Notes: generated by a model from the letters alone, not told the origin. A DNA stretch of 63,576 nt, filler included, from Phoronis australis (GCA_002633005.1; 6 parts of 6 records of this genome joined end to end with filler, not necessarily neighbours in it); one strand, 5' to 3'. Shown: positions 36,979 to 50,014, counted from the first letter of the whole stretch. Made by a program: numbers and translations.

Positions 36979-39351
36979 AGGCGAATGCCACCCGATTTAA
37001 TTAGTCTTTTTTGCCGTCTTAATCGGTCTATTTCCACATCGCCTCGCATACAGTCGACCTTACCTTGCCAAGAGGTGTCGCGTTAACCTGTGAGGAAGGT
37101 GAGAAACGACGCTAGCGTCGTCAGTGGTTCATATGCAGAGTGAATGCCGCTATGTTGCGGTGTATCGTTCCCGCTTGTCCGAACTAAGCAGCCGCGAAGA
37201 AAGCGAGTTTATCGTTTTTTTTACTTCCTCGAGAGTCCAAAATGCTTAGGAAGTGGCTCATGGTAGTGAAGTGAAATGTACGCTGTAAATAGCAAGTATG
37301 AGGCCGTGAAACATCTCCGTGTCTGTGGCCTGCAGACGACGTCGACAGTGCCTCACGAATGCCGGCTTACCAAATAACTCCATACGCTCCGTTGTCTGAG
37401 CTTGTTCACGGCGCCTCTCTAGTATTTCTTCATCACTGTATTCCTGTTCGAATTGATAGCCTGTAAAACTTAAAGATCCGCCTGCGAAGTCGGTATTGAT
37501 GAGCCGCTCTAGCTCGTCCTAAGTCGGGATTGCGAGTTGCCATGTTGGCGATTATTACTGAGCGTTCTGTTTCAAAATGAATTATTCTCACCCTAACCAA
37601 TACTTGTATAAAACTGAAACAAAGTCTGTCACATTAGATGCAATTTGTAATGCCTTTGGAGTGTTCGTGAGTGCACGAAATGATTAGAGAAGCCAGCTGC
37701 AATGAATAAATCACTGCGTTACCGGCTTTAGGTGCAATAAAACTCAATTGACAGGACACCGCGAGGCCGTGTGAGCTCATGCTAATTTAGTGTTTGCTGG
37801 CAGAAACTGTTGTGAAACAACTCGATTTCCACTCCACGACCAGGTGTTAGGGGAATCTTTATTTACATTCACATTACTCAAATAATGATTGTCAAGGTAC
37901 AACTTCTGCCCTGACGGTGCTGTGGCCAAAGCGGAACTGAATTCGCGGTCCCCGACGAGTAAGTAGATTTGCAGTTTCGTGGCTACTTCACTAACATAAT
38001 CACGTGCACATTACTTTGGCTCACTAGTATAGTATTTTCTTTGTTGACTGGAAGTTTAGTTTCCACTGAACTTTGGCTCGTTTGTTCGTGATGTCTGATC
38101 AGTTTCCGAGCCACTGGCCGGGATAACGAGTCAATCTGGCCGGCCGCGACGGGCCTGATCGGGCTCCGAGCCACTGGCCAGGACAACAAGCGTTTTGTGT
38201 TTAGAACTCATAAAATCACATGTCTAAACAACGACAGATCTAGGTTCTCCTGTCTGTATCTCACGGAAAATACTTCGAAATTATCTCCGAACACACCCCA
38301 AACTGCTACGGGCCTTATTGGCTTGCCGAACTTTGTGGGCTACGGTGTGTCCAAATATCATTAAATCCGTAAGAGCGAAATATAACAACACGTTTTTGTA
38401 AGAACTCGGTGTATTTTTAAGGGTTTTACATCGAAGTTTGATGATTTATTGGTGCTAAACGATGATTCCATGCGATACGCTGACACCAGTAACCCGTGTT
38501 GTGAACTGCTGAACAGAATGCGTGTGCCAGTCTATCCCACGGCCAAGTGTTAGGGGAATCTTTATTTACATTTACATTATTCAAATAATTATTGTCAATG
38601 TACAACTTCTGCCTTGACGATTCTGCAGCCAAACGGGAACCTAGAGTGAATTCGCGGCCCCCGACGAGTAGTGAAGTAGATTTGCAGTATCGTGGCTTCA
38701 TCAATATAATCACGTGCACATTACATGTTTGGCTCACTAGTATATTATTCTCTTGACTGGAAGTTTAGTTCCATCTTTGGCTGGTTTATGTTCGTAATGT
38801 CTTCAGTCCGACCGCGACGGGCCTGTTTCCGAGCCCCTCAGGGGCCGGGATAACTAGTCTGTCGGGCCGCGACGGGCCTGATCGGGCACCGAGCCTCTGG
38901 CCAGGAAAACAAGCGTTTTGTGTGTTTAGAACTTAAAAAAATCACAAGTCTAAACAACACAGATCTAGGTTCTCCTGTCTGTATCTCATGAAAAAATGGT
39001 CCGAATTTATCTCCGAACAGACCCCTGGCTCCTGCTAAGGACCTTCGGACCTGCCGAACTTTGTAGGCTACGGTGTATCCATACCAATAATTCCGTAATC
39101 AGCGTAATAAAACAACACGTTTTTATAAGAACTCTGTGTATTTTTAAGTGTTTTACTTCGAAGTTTGATGATTTATTGGTGTTATGAATTGCTGAACAGA
39201 CTGCTCGCGAAGCCAATTACGTCAGTGGATAATTCCAACACCTCCGCCTGCTGTCAGGTGTCAGGTAACTCAACCGTACGTGCCGTTATCGAGTAGAACT
39301 ACTCGACCCGAAATGATACAAATTAGGTTGTTTTTTGGGTGGCATGCTCCT
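36979..39351 (+). mobile_element. Non-autonomous Kolobok-type element with THAP remnant and internal duplication of about 0.7 kb
   Basis: TTAA|AGGCGAATGCCACCC ... GGGTGGCATGCTCCT|TTAA; RCIVPACPN THAP start; direct repeats about 37833-38535 and 38536-39205. Confidence 0.8.
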
Positions 39352-39858
39352 TTAAATATCTCAGGGGGTTCATTTCTAGCACATTCCCTACGAAAGAGTG
39401 TTTTTCCTATTGAATTCCAATGAAAATAGTTCACGTTTGCAGTTAAGGAATTCAATTGATATGCATGTAAAAGAGTCATGTTAGGGGATAAAATTCCGAC
39501 AAGGTGACTTGTCCACTCTCTTAAAGCCCGTGTTTGGACAAAAATAACGGAGTACCTCTCCGGGTAGAAGCAACTGAATGATCTTCACTCGATCGATTGT
39601 GTAAAATTACGATGTGTATTAAATATCTCTAAAACCTTTTTTCCCAACATCAAAGGTATTAAAGTAGGCCCTGTATTTGGCTTTAGTCTCAATACATTCA
39701 CACCTAGTCCTTGCTTCCACAAAAAGTATACATGTATGTTATGTTTTTTTAGATACCTAAAGTGCTAACCCCGATTGCCAACCAGTATCTGCAGCAATTT
39801 GGTAAGGTTCTAAAGTAAACAGACAGGCTTTGGGCGTCGCCATTTGTTCCTACATCAG

Positions 39859-41187
39859 GGCCCGGTCTCCAATCTCCGTACTCAGACTCGAATCATGCTC
39901 AAACTCACACTTCATACCCAACTCGAGTAACAGACTCAGCTTTGGTGTATTCAATGTCATACTCGAAAAATCTGTACTCGAAATTTCGAGCACGTACTCA
40001 GTTTTCGAGTGTACTCGAACTGAAGTGTATCTCATCTATATTTTGAGTACTATTTTGAGTAAAAATTCCGAGTCTATGCTCAAATTTCAAGTTTGGTATG
40101 GCAGTGTGCTTGAAAACATACTCAAAAATAAATACGATCCAGAGAAAAAAAATATCGAAAGGGAACCAAGAAACACAGAAAATCTAAAAAAATAAGTCCT
40201 CTTACCGTATCTCAGCACTTCAATTTCAGTTCAGAGATACTAGTTTTCATCTTAAATCTTCTTATTCTTCACCTTATTAACCCGCCGTATCACTGTATGT
40301 TATGGCCGCCATTCTACCTCTACACTTCCTGGCAACAGGCGCATTGTAATCCCTTGTCGGCGAGTCATAACAAGCGTCGAAAGCAGTTGTGGGAAAAGTC
40401 GTGTGAGAAGTTTGAGCTGCCCTTATTTCGGTATGTGTGCCTACTTTTTGTAGGGCTTCCAAAAGACGAGGAGGGGAGGGATGTTAAAAAAGTTTGCTTC
40501 CCTGTCAGATACATTTCTCATCATAACTTAGTCATCTATAATTCCTCAATCCCAAGTGGAATTCCAGATTTTGTTTGCCGATTTTTAAGTAGACGTCTCG
40601 TCCCGTTCACTGCCACTGGTGAACTCTGAATGCCTGCACAAGTACTGTTTTTTTAACTCACGTGCCAAATGTCAACTCACTTGATACATCCCAGCAAAAA
40701 ATAAAAAATACAGTATCAAAGTTTGACATCAGCGTAGGCCTACAAACAATGGGTAATATGTCAAGACTAAATCAGCAACAGAGATGTGATGTGATAAGCT
40801 GTTACAAATTTCTTGAGACATTTTCGGGACTGGGTGAGGAGCTCAAGAAGTAAAGCTTAATAATTGCCAAATGTATCAAAGAAATGACATAAAAATATTT
40901 ATTGAAACGAAAAAATGAATAACAGTTACAGAACACTAGTTCCTGGGGTGGTCTATTCCAATAGGGAGCGATGAATCAGCGCGTCTTTGCGTGATTTTGC
41001 ATTTCACATCATAAAGAGTTCCATAGCAACTCGAGTATGAGTGTCACTCAGATTTGAGTACGTTTGGAGTCTACTCGAAATACGACATTAGATACGCTTT
41101 TTTGAGTTCGACTCCAGTGAGCACGATTTTGAGTACGAAATTTCGAGTATGAGTATGAGCCTGAGTACAGAGATTGGAGACCGGGCC
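39859..41187. mobile_element. MITE, PIF/Harbinger-type, 1329 bp, same TIR family as 33437-33843
   Basis: CAG|GGCCCGGTCTCCAATCTC ... GAGATTGGAGACCGGGCC|CAG; removing it restores a reading frame. Confidence 0.88.
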
Positions 41188-41910
41188 CAGGTTTGCAAAA
41201 GGTGACAATGGCTACTACATCAGCGGAAACTGCCGTTCACATCGACGAACACGGGAACATCTGTAGAGAACACTGTGAGTGTGCGGCCGTAAAAGGACCC
41301 TGTGAACACTGCAAGCACATAGCATGTTTGCTGTTTGGCCTTAGCAACTTCAGTGCTACCCAAAATCTCAACACAGAGCTTACGTTTATATATAACCTTC
41401 AGGTCTTCCACAAGCCTAAACGGACTGTGATCTCCCATCTTGATGGGAGATCACAGTCCGCAGGTGAAGTCGATACACTTTGATCCTCGCCCCTCCCCTC
41501 CCTTAGTACCTTAGTACATGAATATTGCTCGACCCAGTTTTGCAGCTGAATTTAGAGCACATTGCGTAAACTATGCAGCTGGTGCTGGCCTGGCGAAAAC
41601 CAACGCACCTGTCATGCAAACTTTTTCTCCTGCGAACTCTATAGCCCATCTCGACCATCAGTACAGCTCGACCAGCTATCCCGAGTTCCTCTTGCGTCAT
41701 CTCAGAGTAACATCGATAACTGAGGAAGAGTGCACTGATATTGATTGTAAGACTAGAGGGCAGGCAAAAAACAAAGCCTGGAAAGTAGAGCGACAGTTCC
41801 GGTTAACCGCTTCGATGTTTGGCAGAATTTGTACTGCCACTGAAAGAACTGATCATGCAAAGTTGGCAGCCGAGACCATTGAATCGTCTGATGTACTCAC
41901 TGCTGCTATT

Positions 41911-44900
41911 TAGGCCGTGGGCCAAAATTTGTAGGGCTTTTAAAAATGTTTTTGTGAGTACTTTAGGGGGGCAATTTTATTTTGTTGTGTTTAATTTATT
42001 TACTAGAGTGTTTTCAAAATCTAAAGAATTCCCACACAGTTGTACAATTTTGAGAAATTTGAGTTTGAAGTTGCATAATAACCACCATAGAGCTTAGAGA
42101 ACTTATATTTGTAAAAACAACAGTTTTTGCTATCTTTTTGTAAAACAAGTAACATGGTCCCATCGATGTCATTGTACTAAACACGAATACACTCACACTA
42201 CATGTTTTACTATTGCAAAACTAATAGTAAACAGTGACATTTAAAAAATGTAAAGTGGCAGCGATGCAAACTAAGTCTGAATGTTACTAGGAGGTTATTC
42301 TTGCACTGTCTGGCAACAAAACTAACACAAAACACTTGAGACTTGGCAAAATTTGTGCCTCAATGACTGAACCATTGACTAATGGTGTAAAATATAGCTT
42401 ATTTGAATAATACACCAGAAATACGTTATAGTACAAAAACAATATAGTTGAATGATCTCTGTGAATGTGCACACAGACTGTATGAAACTAATAGATTATT
42501 CCGACAGCGTTTAGCAAGCAGTATGAGACAAATACATGACAATGATCAAAGTATGTACTTTCTATGACTTAATCAACAAATAAAATTCATTTTAGTCCAA
42601 AAATACGAAAAGCGGGGTCAGAGGTATATTGTATATTTGGGGTTGACTTGTCAAAGAACTATCCAATGTTATGCAGTCAGTGTCGCTGATGTTACTTCAG
42701 TTCTCACAACTGCACACTTCTGTACGGTGTGACCCAGCATTGCAGCACAAACTCAGTTTCCCAGTACAAATGTTCTTTTTGCACTTTCAGCGTTCATTGT
42801 TCAGTACTGTCAATTTAGCTGCGGGAATTGCACACATTTTAACTGCAAAGCTCCACGTTGATTAGAGAGGGTACAGCACTTTGCACTGGGAATGGCCCGC
42901 ATGCAATGAAGAGTCAAACACTAAGTCCTTGTTTGGAGGCGGGTAGGTTTTGGGCAAACGTTTGATTCAAAATATGTTATGATGGGCTGTGTTAATTAGA
43001 CAGCAAGTGAATTATTGAACACTAGCTTCAATTCACTTTCGTATCTCTTAGTTGGGCACTAACTACGATTGCCTGTCCAAATAACTTCATGCACGCCAGC
43101 TTTCGAATGAAGAACAGCTTCAAAGTCTTGCTTTAGTTTTGAAAGGAAAATGACATCTCCATGTGTTAGAAGCTTTGATTCAATGGACTCCAAACAAAAC
43201 TGTAAAAAACATCTCTGAAAACCGTGGATTTGTCACTTTTCACAATCTTTGTCTTTGTGTTTTTATATCACGATGATCTGCGGTACTTGGCTTCTAAGAC
43301 CCAAGGTCTTTGTCTTTGAATTTCATTTGCATATTCAGGGCTCTGGACTGAGCTGTTGCTTGCGATACAAGCCCAACTGAAAAAAGCCAGAACGTTTAAT
43401 ACTAATTTAACATTTAACTATGAGTGAGTTGGCATGCAAACTTTTCAGACGGACCTATCAGGAACTGATCCACCACCAGCTTAACAAATTTACATGCCGT
43501 CTGATCTGTTGCCTAAAAATAAATGTTGATCGTCTAATAATTAGATTAGTTGATGCAACTGGAAACAAATCAGCTGATATACCAGTGCAGTCATTGAAAT
43601 TATTTTTTTTTAAATCAGATGCTCATACCATAGTCAAGCGATTTACACTTAAGGTAACGTTTGACGAAATGGACAGTGGCTTCCACTGTCCTCAAATTAC
43701 GACGGGGACGCTGACAACTTAGGCACTTTAATTTAATTACCATTGCAGCTACCTCTAGCCCAGGATTATGGCAGGGGATGACGGCCACTTTGGAAAGTTG
43801 ATTGCAACCATCAACTACATTTAACCTTCTCAAAAATTTTTGACTTAAAGTTCCTAAAATCCCACCCACAGTATAACGCCATGTGATTATCCCCTGGCGC
43901 AAGCAGTGTTGGTGTGGCAACTGAACAAGGGAGTGATCGAAAAACAGGATTGTAGGAGTAGTTGTTTAAACTGGGAACAAATGAAAACATTAACGGCTTT
44001 CTCGGAGGCATCTCTCTATGCCGTACTTCTAAACTTATAGAAACCTGACTTATGGTTCAACCAGTGTGATGCATAATTTTCCGAAAAGCACCCGGTATAT
44101 GGAGTACCTACTGTATGGTATGAACACCGTCTCTACTGAGTCAGCGGTACTGTCTAAGCCCTAGGCAGCCAAGGGACTGAACAAGTTAAAAAACAACTGT
44201 TGATAATACTGAAACACACTTGGAAAACACCAAGATATACCTTTCAAAAACACGTACCTGTTTTTCAGAACTATAAAGTTGTTACTTCTTTCTCTTTCTT
44301 GAAATGTGGACCATGATATACTTTTCCTGCTGACAAATGATGCACTCTTGTTTCAGAATGTCCCTACCTTATTCAGGTTAATTCGGTGTTTCAGATTTTA
44401 GAACTCTAATTTATTTTCTCGGGAAATTTTGGGTAACATCTGTATTACTTTCAATAGCTTCAGCTTTAGTACTACCGCTGGTGTCTTGAAACGTTGCTAT
44501 GCCTTTCTATGTCCTTTCAGTTTTTGGTTTGACACTTGGTCTTCTACAGCATTATACTGTATAGACTATAGGAGCACGACATGCAGCTGTTTTCTGAACA
44601 AACGTTTGTGATACCTCTTCTTCTTTTCGATCTACTGATCTACAGAGTTACACAGTCCATCAGCTTTCGTCCTCCTCAAAGTTTCTTCAGATTCTGGTAT
44701 CACAATTGTATGCTGTTTGATAAAGAGGCATCACACTCCATGGGAGCTGCCATATTGAAGTAACTAAGCACAACAATACAATCTGGCTCTCTGATTGGTC
44801 AATTCAATAGAAAAGCGCCACCAAGTGGCAGGAATGTGCATAATATTTCGTGCAACAAAAACACCTTTTTTAAAAAATGTGCAAGTGTAGACGTGGGAAC

Positions 44901-45007
44901 TTTTTGGAATTTGATTTATAAGTATATTATCTAGCCACATAGAAAAAATAGGTTGCTCCCCAAAGTACTCAACAGGATGAACGCTATGAGATCTGGCCCA
45001 CCGACTA
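41911..45007 (-). mobile_element. Academ-like DNA transposon deletion derivative (TAG...CTA ends, ATT TSD)
   Basis: ATT|TAGGCCGTGGGCCA ... TGGCCCACCGACTA|ATT; minus-strand Cys-rich remnant CKKNICTGK..CCNAG...VCSCEN at about 42690-42790 resembles the C-terminal Cys8 finger. Confidence 0.75.
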
Positions 45008-45454
45008 ATTGTACACGGACGAACATATGAATCAGTCGCTGTCCACAAGCACATGTATGCTGCTGAAACTGGGAATTCATGTACGGATTGTGGACTCTTT
45101 GTTTGCAAAGACTATCCGTATTTGACTAGTTCCCCTGGCGGTATTGTTGACGGCACTAAGTGTGTAGAAGCAAGGGACAAAGAAATTAGCTAGTTGACTG
45201 TTCCATACGTCAACCTTGATGAAGCAGGCAAGTTCCAGTTAAAGACCAGTAACCCGCATTATTACCAGGTCCAAGGGCAGCTGCTTTGTGCATGTAAAAG
45301 TGAATGGGATTTTGTTGTTTACACTAAGAAAGACATTGTCATCATTCCGATCACCAGGGATCAGTCTTTCATTGATGTCATAACGCGAAGTTGTCGTGAG
45401 GACTCGATTGGGACCTCAGGGGTCTCACGCTCCACCGGCTAATTTGAAAAGGCT

Positions 45455-45554
45455 NNNNNNNNNNNNNNNNNNNNNNNNNNNNNNNNNNNNNNNNNNNNTT
45501 AATTAATTAANNNNNNNNNNNNNNNNNNNNNNNNNNNNNNNNNNNNNNNNNNNN
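45455..45554. other. Artificial contig-join spacer
   Basis: 44N-TTAATTAATTAA-44N. Confidence 0.97.
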
Positions 45555-45634
45555 ATATAGACTTCCTACCTATGTATGAATTGTACGAGTACCTGAAGAA
45601 AGCCGTCTCGATGATGGATATGTCAAGCAAAAAG
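45555..45634 (+). CDS. LARGE: LARGE xylosyl-/glucuronyltransferase exon (5'-truncated by spacer)
   Basis: (D)IDFLPMYELYEYLKKAVSMMDMSSKK then GTGAGT; matches LARGE1 SDIDFLPMYGLYEYLRK (DXD of the glucuronyltransferase domain). Confidence 0.92.
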
Positions 45635-46095
45635 GTGAGTGGGTCCGCAGACTATAGTTCACGGACTGTCAACTCTGTGCTATGTTCCCAATGCAATAGA
45701 TGGGTGATCTTGCACACAAGCCACAACTAGCAATACTATTGTGGGTTTACTTTTGGAAAAGTGTCACGCCTGCTCTGGAAATTTCAGAGGAAAGTATCGG
45801 AGTTGCAAATCTGTTATTAAATAAATGATCTACAAAGGGCTGTTTCAGCTTTTTACACTATTTTAGTTATGTGAAGCATTACATGCTTTTAGGTCTCTTA
45901 TTAACTAGGTAAGTAAGATATGAATTTGATGTAAATCTACCTTGCGTTGCATGCCGTTCCTGCACCCTAGACCCCAAATGAAGGAGGCTGGTCTTAATCA
46001 GTTGTATTCACTGTTTTATGCTCTACAGTTTCCAGTTGATTTGAATCGGCCTGAGTGACCGATTGGTTCTTACGTCGTGGTTTTTTCCTATCCAG

Positions 46096-46202
46096 GCTCT
46101 GGTTGTACCCGCTTTTGAGACCCAGCGCTACCGTCTGACCTTTCCCAAGTCTAAGGTCGACCTTCTCTCCATGCTGGACATGGGAACATTATTTACATTT
46201 AG
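46096..46202 (+). CDS. LARGE: LARGE exon
   Basis: 107 nt, [35 protein letters not shown]; AG/GT sites. Confidence 0.96.
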
Positions 46203-46506
46203 GTAAATACCATGCTTCTAACTGAAGTGTAATGTTAAATCGTATGTTACTTTCATTCAAGTGAATAACAAACCACCAATTGAAGTGTAATGTTGAGATG
46301 TTATTTACATTTAGGTCTATACCATACTGCCAACTCAACCATAATGTTAACACTCTGACATTCATATCTACTGAACTATTATTGTTTGATGCTTTCATTT
46401 GAATGATATAAAATTTATTGAAATGTTAATATTAAATAAAAACACTGTGTCCATTCAGTGTTCTTCCTAATTGAGTATAATGATAAAGTGGTTTGGAAAT
46501 TGAAAT

Positions 46507-46673
46507 TTCGTTGGAATTAAAATTTTAACTTGTCCCGACCAAGTACCTCTACGTAAATGTTTATGAGGGAGGCATTTACTTCCAAGAAATTTCAAAAATG
46601 GGAAATACCTCCCTCATAGACATTTACAAAGAGGAAGTTGGTTGCCACAAGTTAAAAATCTATTTTCAATGAA
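46507..46673. repeat. Foldback/palindromic MITE-like sequence in LARGE intron
   Basis: TTTTAACTTGT...GTAAATGTTTATGAGGGAGG pairs with CCTCCCTCATAGACATTTAC...ACAAGTTAAAA. Confidence 0.75.
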
Positions 46674-47365
46674 GTACAGTGCGTGCCAAAAGTATTCTGA
46701 CTAAATTGCTTGAAATTCTCCTTCATGATGACTGGGCGGAAGCCGAATTCATCGCCATAGTAACTTTCCCTGTTGACCGAAAATGAAGAGGAATTAACAA
46801 CTGAAGAAGGTTCTTATTAATGGCGGCTAAGGCATTCTCTAATTGGAATTTTGCCGCCTTAATAATTAAATTATTACCACCAAAGCCTTTTTGGTGTTAA
46901 CGGAATAACCGTTAGCTGTCATACCGGGGAAGCAGTATTTTGTCTGATTAATTTTCTCTTGTAGTGTATGCTCATACTGTTATTTGAGGAATAGCTTATA
47001 ATTTAGGGTTTCTAACACAAAGGAGAGTGCTTTTACTTATTAAAGGCCTTGTTGTATTGTGTTAGTAAAGTGATAAATTGACAAGCGGTTCGTTGTCTGT
47101 GTTTTATGTGTAGAAAAGAAAAGATATTTAATGATTCATTTACCACATGAAAGAAAAATATAAAATTAGGTTCTTGTAGATTCTCACTTTTGAGGAAGAC
47201 GTATTCATTAACAGTGCTTTAAAGCACTGTTAGTATTAAACTAGACTGGCATCACTGCTAATTCACCATACCTTGCAGTTCCTCTCCACACAAACTTTGG
47301 GTTTTTTTCAAAGATGCACTCTTTGTGTCTTAAGCATTTATCAGAATGTTCCCACATTCCATCAG

Positions 47366-47566
47366 GTATCACGTGTGGCCCAAGGGTCACCAGCCGACGG
47401 ATTACGAGAAATGGCGGGCGGCAACCACACCCTACCGCATCCAGTGGGAGACGGACTTTGAGCCGTACGTGGTGGTCAGCAAGGCGGCTGTACCGTTATA
47501 CGACGAGCGTTTCGTGGGATTTGGCTGGAACAAAGTCTCGCATATCATGGAATTGGATGTTCAAGG
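47366..47566 (+). CDS. LARGE: LARGE exon
   Basis: 201 nt, [37 protein letters not shown]...[18 protein letters not shown]. Confidence 0.97.
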
Positions 47567-47905
47567 GTATGTTCCAAAAGATCTTGACGCTAGGTTAGGC
47601 TCCTTTTTGCGAGTCAGACGAGTTCACGTGTTTCTATGAGATATCGACGTGGATGTGCATTACTGGCACAACATGTGGTCACATTAGCTTTTGCTCACGA
47701 ATGTCTTTCACTGTGGGATGACCGCAAAGGTGGGTCTTGGGGTTCCCCCGAGTCTGTCCATTGTCGGTCCCTCTGACTATGATCCTTAATGTCACGTATA
47801 TGCGTTTGAAGAAATGTCAATTATTTTTGCGCAAAATAAGTGAGGAATTGCCGTATTGTGTTCCCGTGGCGGATTGCGGTTTGTCATCTATCATTTTATT
47901 TACAG

Positions 47906-48004
47906 GTATGAGTTCATTGTACTGCCCAACGCTTTCATCATTCACATGCCTCATGCTCCCAGCTTTGACATCGCCAAGTTCCGCTCCAGTCGTGTGTACA
48001 GAGA
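47906..48004 (+). CDS. LARGE: LARGE exon
   Basis: 99 nt, [32 protein letters not shown]. Confidence 0.96.
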
Positions 48005-50014
48005 GTGAGTATGGTTCATGTCAAGAGTAAACACAATGTGCGCAGTCATTTTTTTAATTGCCATTAAAGACCTGTTTGTTAAAGAATTTTTGAGGATTGT
48101 TTACCGAGATCTTAAAAATTTATCACATGAATGCAAGTAATTACAGACTTTTTAGAACACTCTGTTTTGTGTTCTCTCGAGTAGAATCTTGGCAGGAAAT
48201 ATTTGCAAAGACTCCCATGAACACATCTAAGAACAATTAGTAATTTTTAAATGAAAAAGTTTATTTTAATTCTCTGTCCATTTTCTGTTTTTGTTACTTT
48301 CTTTATTTGAATTCCTCTACAAGCTCTGACATAGCTTCGATTAGACTGGCCTACTTTGCTAAGAGTTAGGCATTTGTTTTTGAAATTTACAAAATTTAAT
48401 GCTGTTTAACATTTACTGAAATGTGGTTGGCAAGTTGATATGTTTGCCAAATTTATTTTTGTTTGTTGTACATTTTGCATTTGGAGCAGTAACCAATAAG
48501 TTTTCTAAAACAAGAGTTACTTTGAAATGTTGATTTAGCTAGTCTGAGCATATTTGACTGTATGTTGCATGTGCAATTTACAATTATTGTCGGCTAAGCT
48601 ATATAGTTTGCACATTGGCAATGTCTCATTCAAGTAATTTTGTTGTTGTGTCATGGCTGTTGTGAAAAGGAAATCATAGGTTCAAAGGAAATTACGAACA
48701 GAGACAAACACGAAATTTGTTGTCACAATTTTACATATTCTGGAGGAAAACAATTGTGTCGATTGTTTTGTGGAAACAACAAATTGTGTAGGCTGTGTTT
48801 AAGCAAAGTATGCCAGTTTTACTTTTTTGCTATGAGATCCATAACTGTTTGTAATATTTATATTTTATATTTTCCTGGTATTGTATTACCATAACTCAAC
48901 CAATTTAACACCCAGGGCATATAAATCAGACAGTTTAAGGGACGTCCGTTAATCTGAGCTTGGGCGTGTTCAAAATTTTTGAGAAGACGGAAGGGGTGTT
49001 TACCCAAACACTCAATTCAGTCACGCAAATGTCTCCACAATTTTTGGTGCGTAAGTATGTTGGAATGTGCTGGAATGAGGTCTTTGTTGCACAAATATCA
49101 GCAAGATGTATACGTTTTGGGAGCTATTATTCCCATGAGATGGGCATTCACCAAGACTTTAGAACATTTGAGGAGATCTCAATGTTGTACGTTGAGCGTG
49201 AACACTTATTTGGGCAATAATCTGATATAACTTGCCCGCATTTTGAGAATCAGTTTGATGCCCGTTATTGAGTGGAGAAAACTGGTTCTCAAAATTGGGG
49301 CACGCTATATCAGACCATTACGCTTACTGGAGCATGGGTATTTAAAGGTGAGTGGTCCCAAATTACCTGGGCAGAGTTCATTAACACTTAATACCTAAGA
49401 CCTCGCTAAAAGTAAGACTTTTCGAGATTACGTGTGATATTGCCATGTGTTTTAAATGAGAACATGGGATTGGGCTAAAGTTTAGTGAGGTCCCAGCATA
49501 GGTCCTAGCGAATACTAAGCTCTTCTCTGAAGTGTTATGTCAGTTTAAAACTGCTTAGAAACTGCGGTGGGTCACCGTTGCTCCGGAGTGGACTATGGAG
49601 ACCTCGGCCACATGATAGTGAAGTAAGAATCGCAATGAGAACATCTTGCAAGTTACTGTAGGCATCTGGGAGTGACTGTTATGAATATCAACAACATTCT
49701 GTTTGTGTGATTTAATTCAGAGCCTTAAGAAAGGTCATGGTCATGCTTCCTAACCCTGTCGCTAGGATTTTGCTACGGTTTAGAACCCTGATCAATCGGG
49801 AGACCTCGTAGCTCACCATGGATAATTCCGTGAAACTGTGACTCGGGCATAAGTACAGCGTTCATCATTTCTAGCAATGTTGCCGGGCTTTGAAAAATGG
49901 GATACTGATTGTCAACTTTTAAAAAATATGGAAATGGCTTATTTGGCAATAGTTTTGTTGCAGAATAATTTTGGGAACAAACAATTGTCTTATACCGTCT
50001 TTTTCTTAATTTAG

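Larger units (their letters stand above)
39830..45400 (+). pseudogene. Transposon-type SWIM zinc finger + YqaJ/lambda-exonuclease ORF, broken by two nested insertions
   Basis: SYIR|FAKGDNGYYISGNCRS; CECAAVKGPCEHCKHIACLL (SWIM); TRGQAKNKAWKVERQFRLTASMFGRIC; TAAI|VHGRTYE...CGLFV...PYLTSSPGGIV...HYYQVQGQL...DFVVYT (YqaJ); the combination is known from ISL2EU/KolobokE-like elements. Confidence 0.82.
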
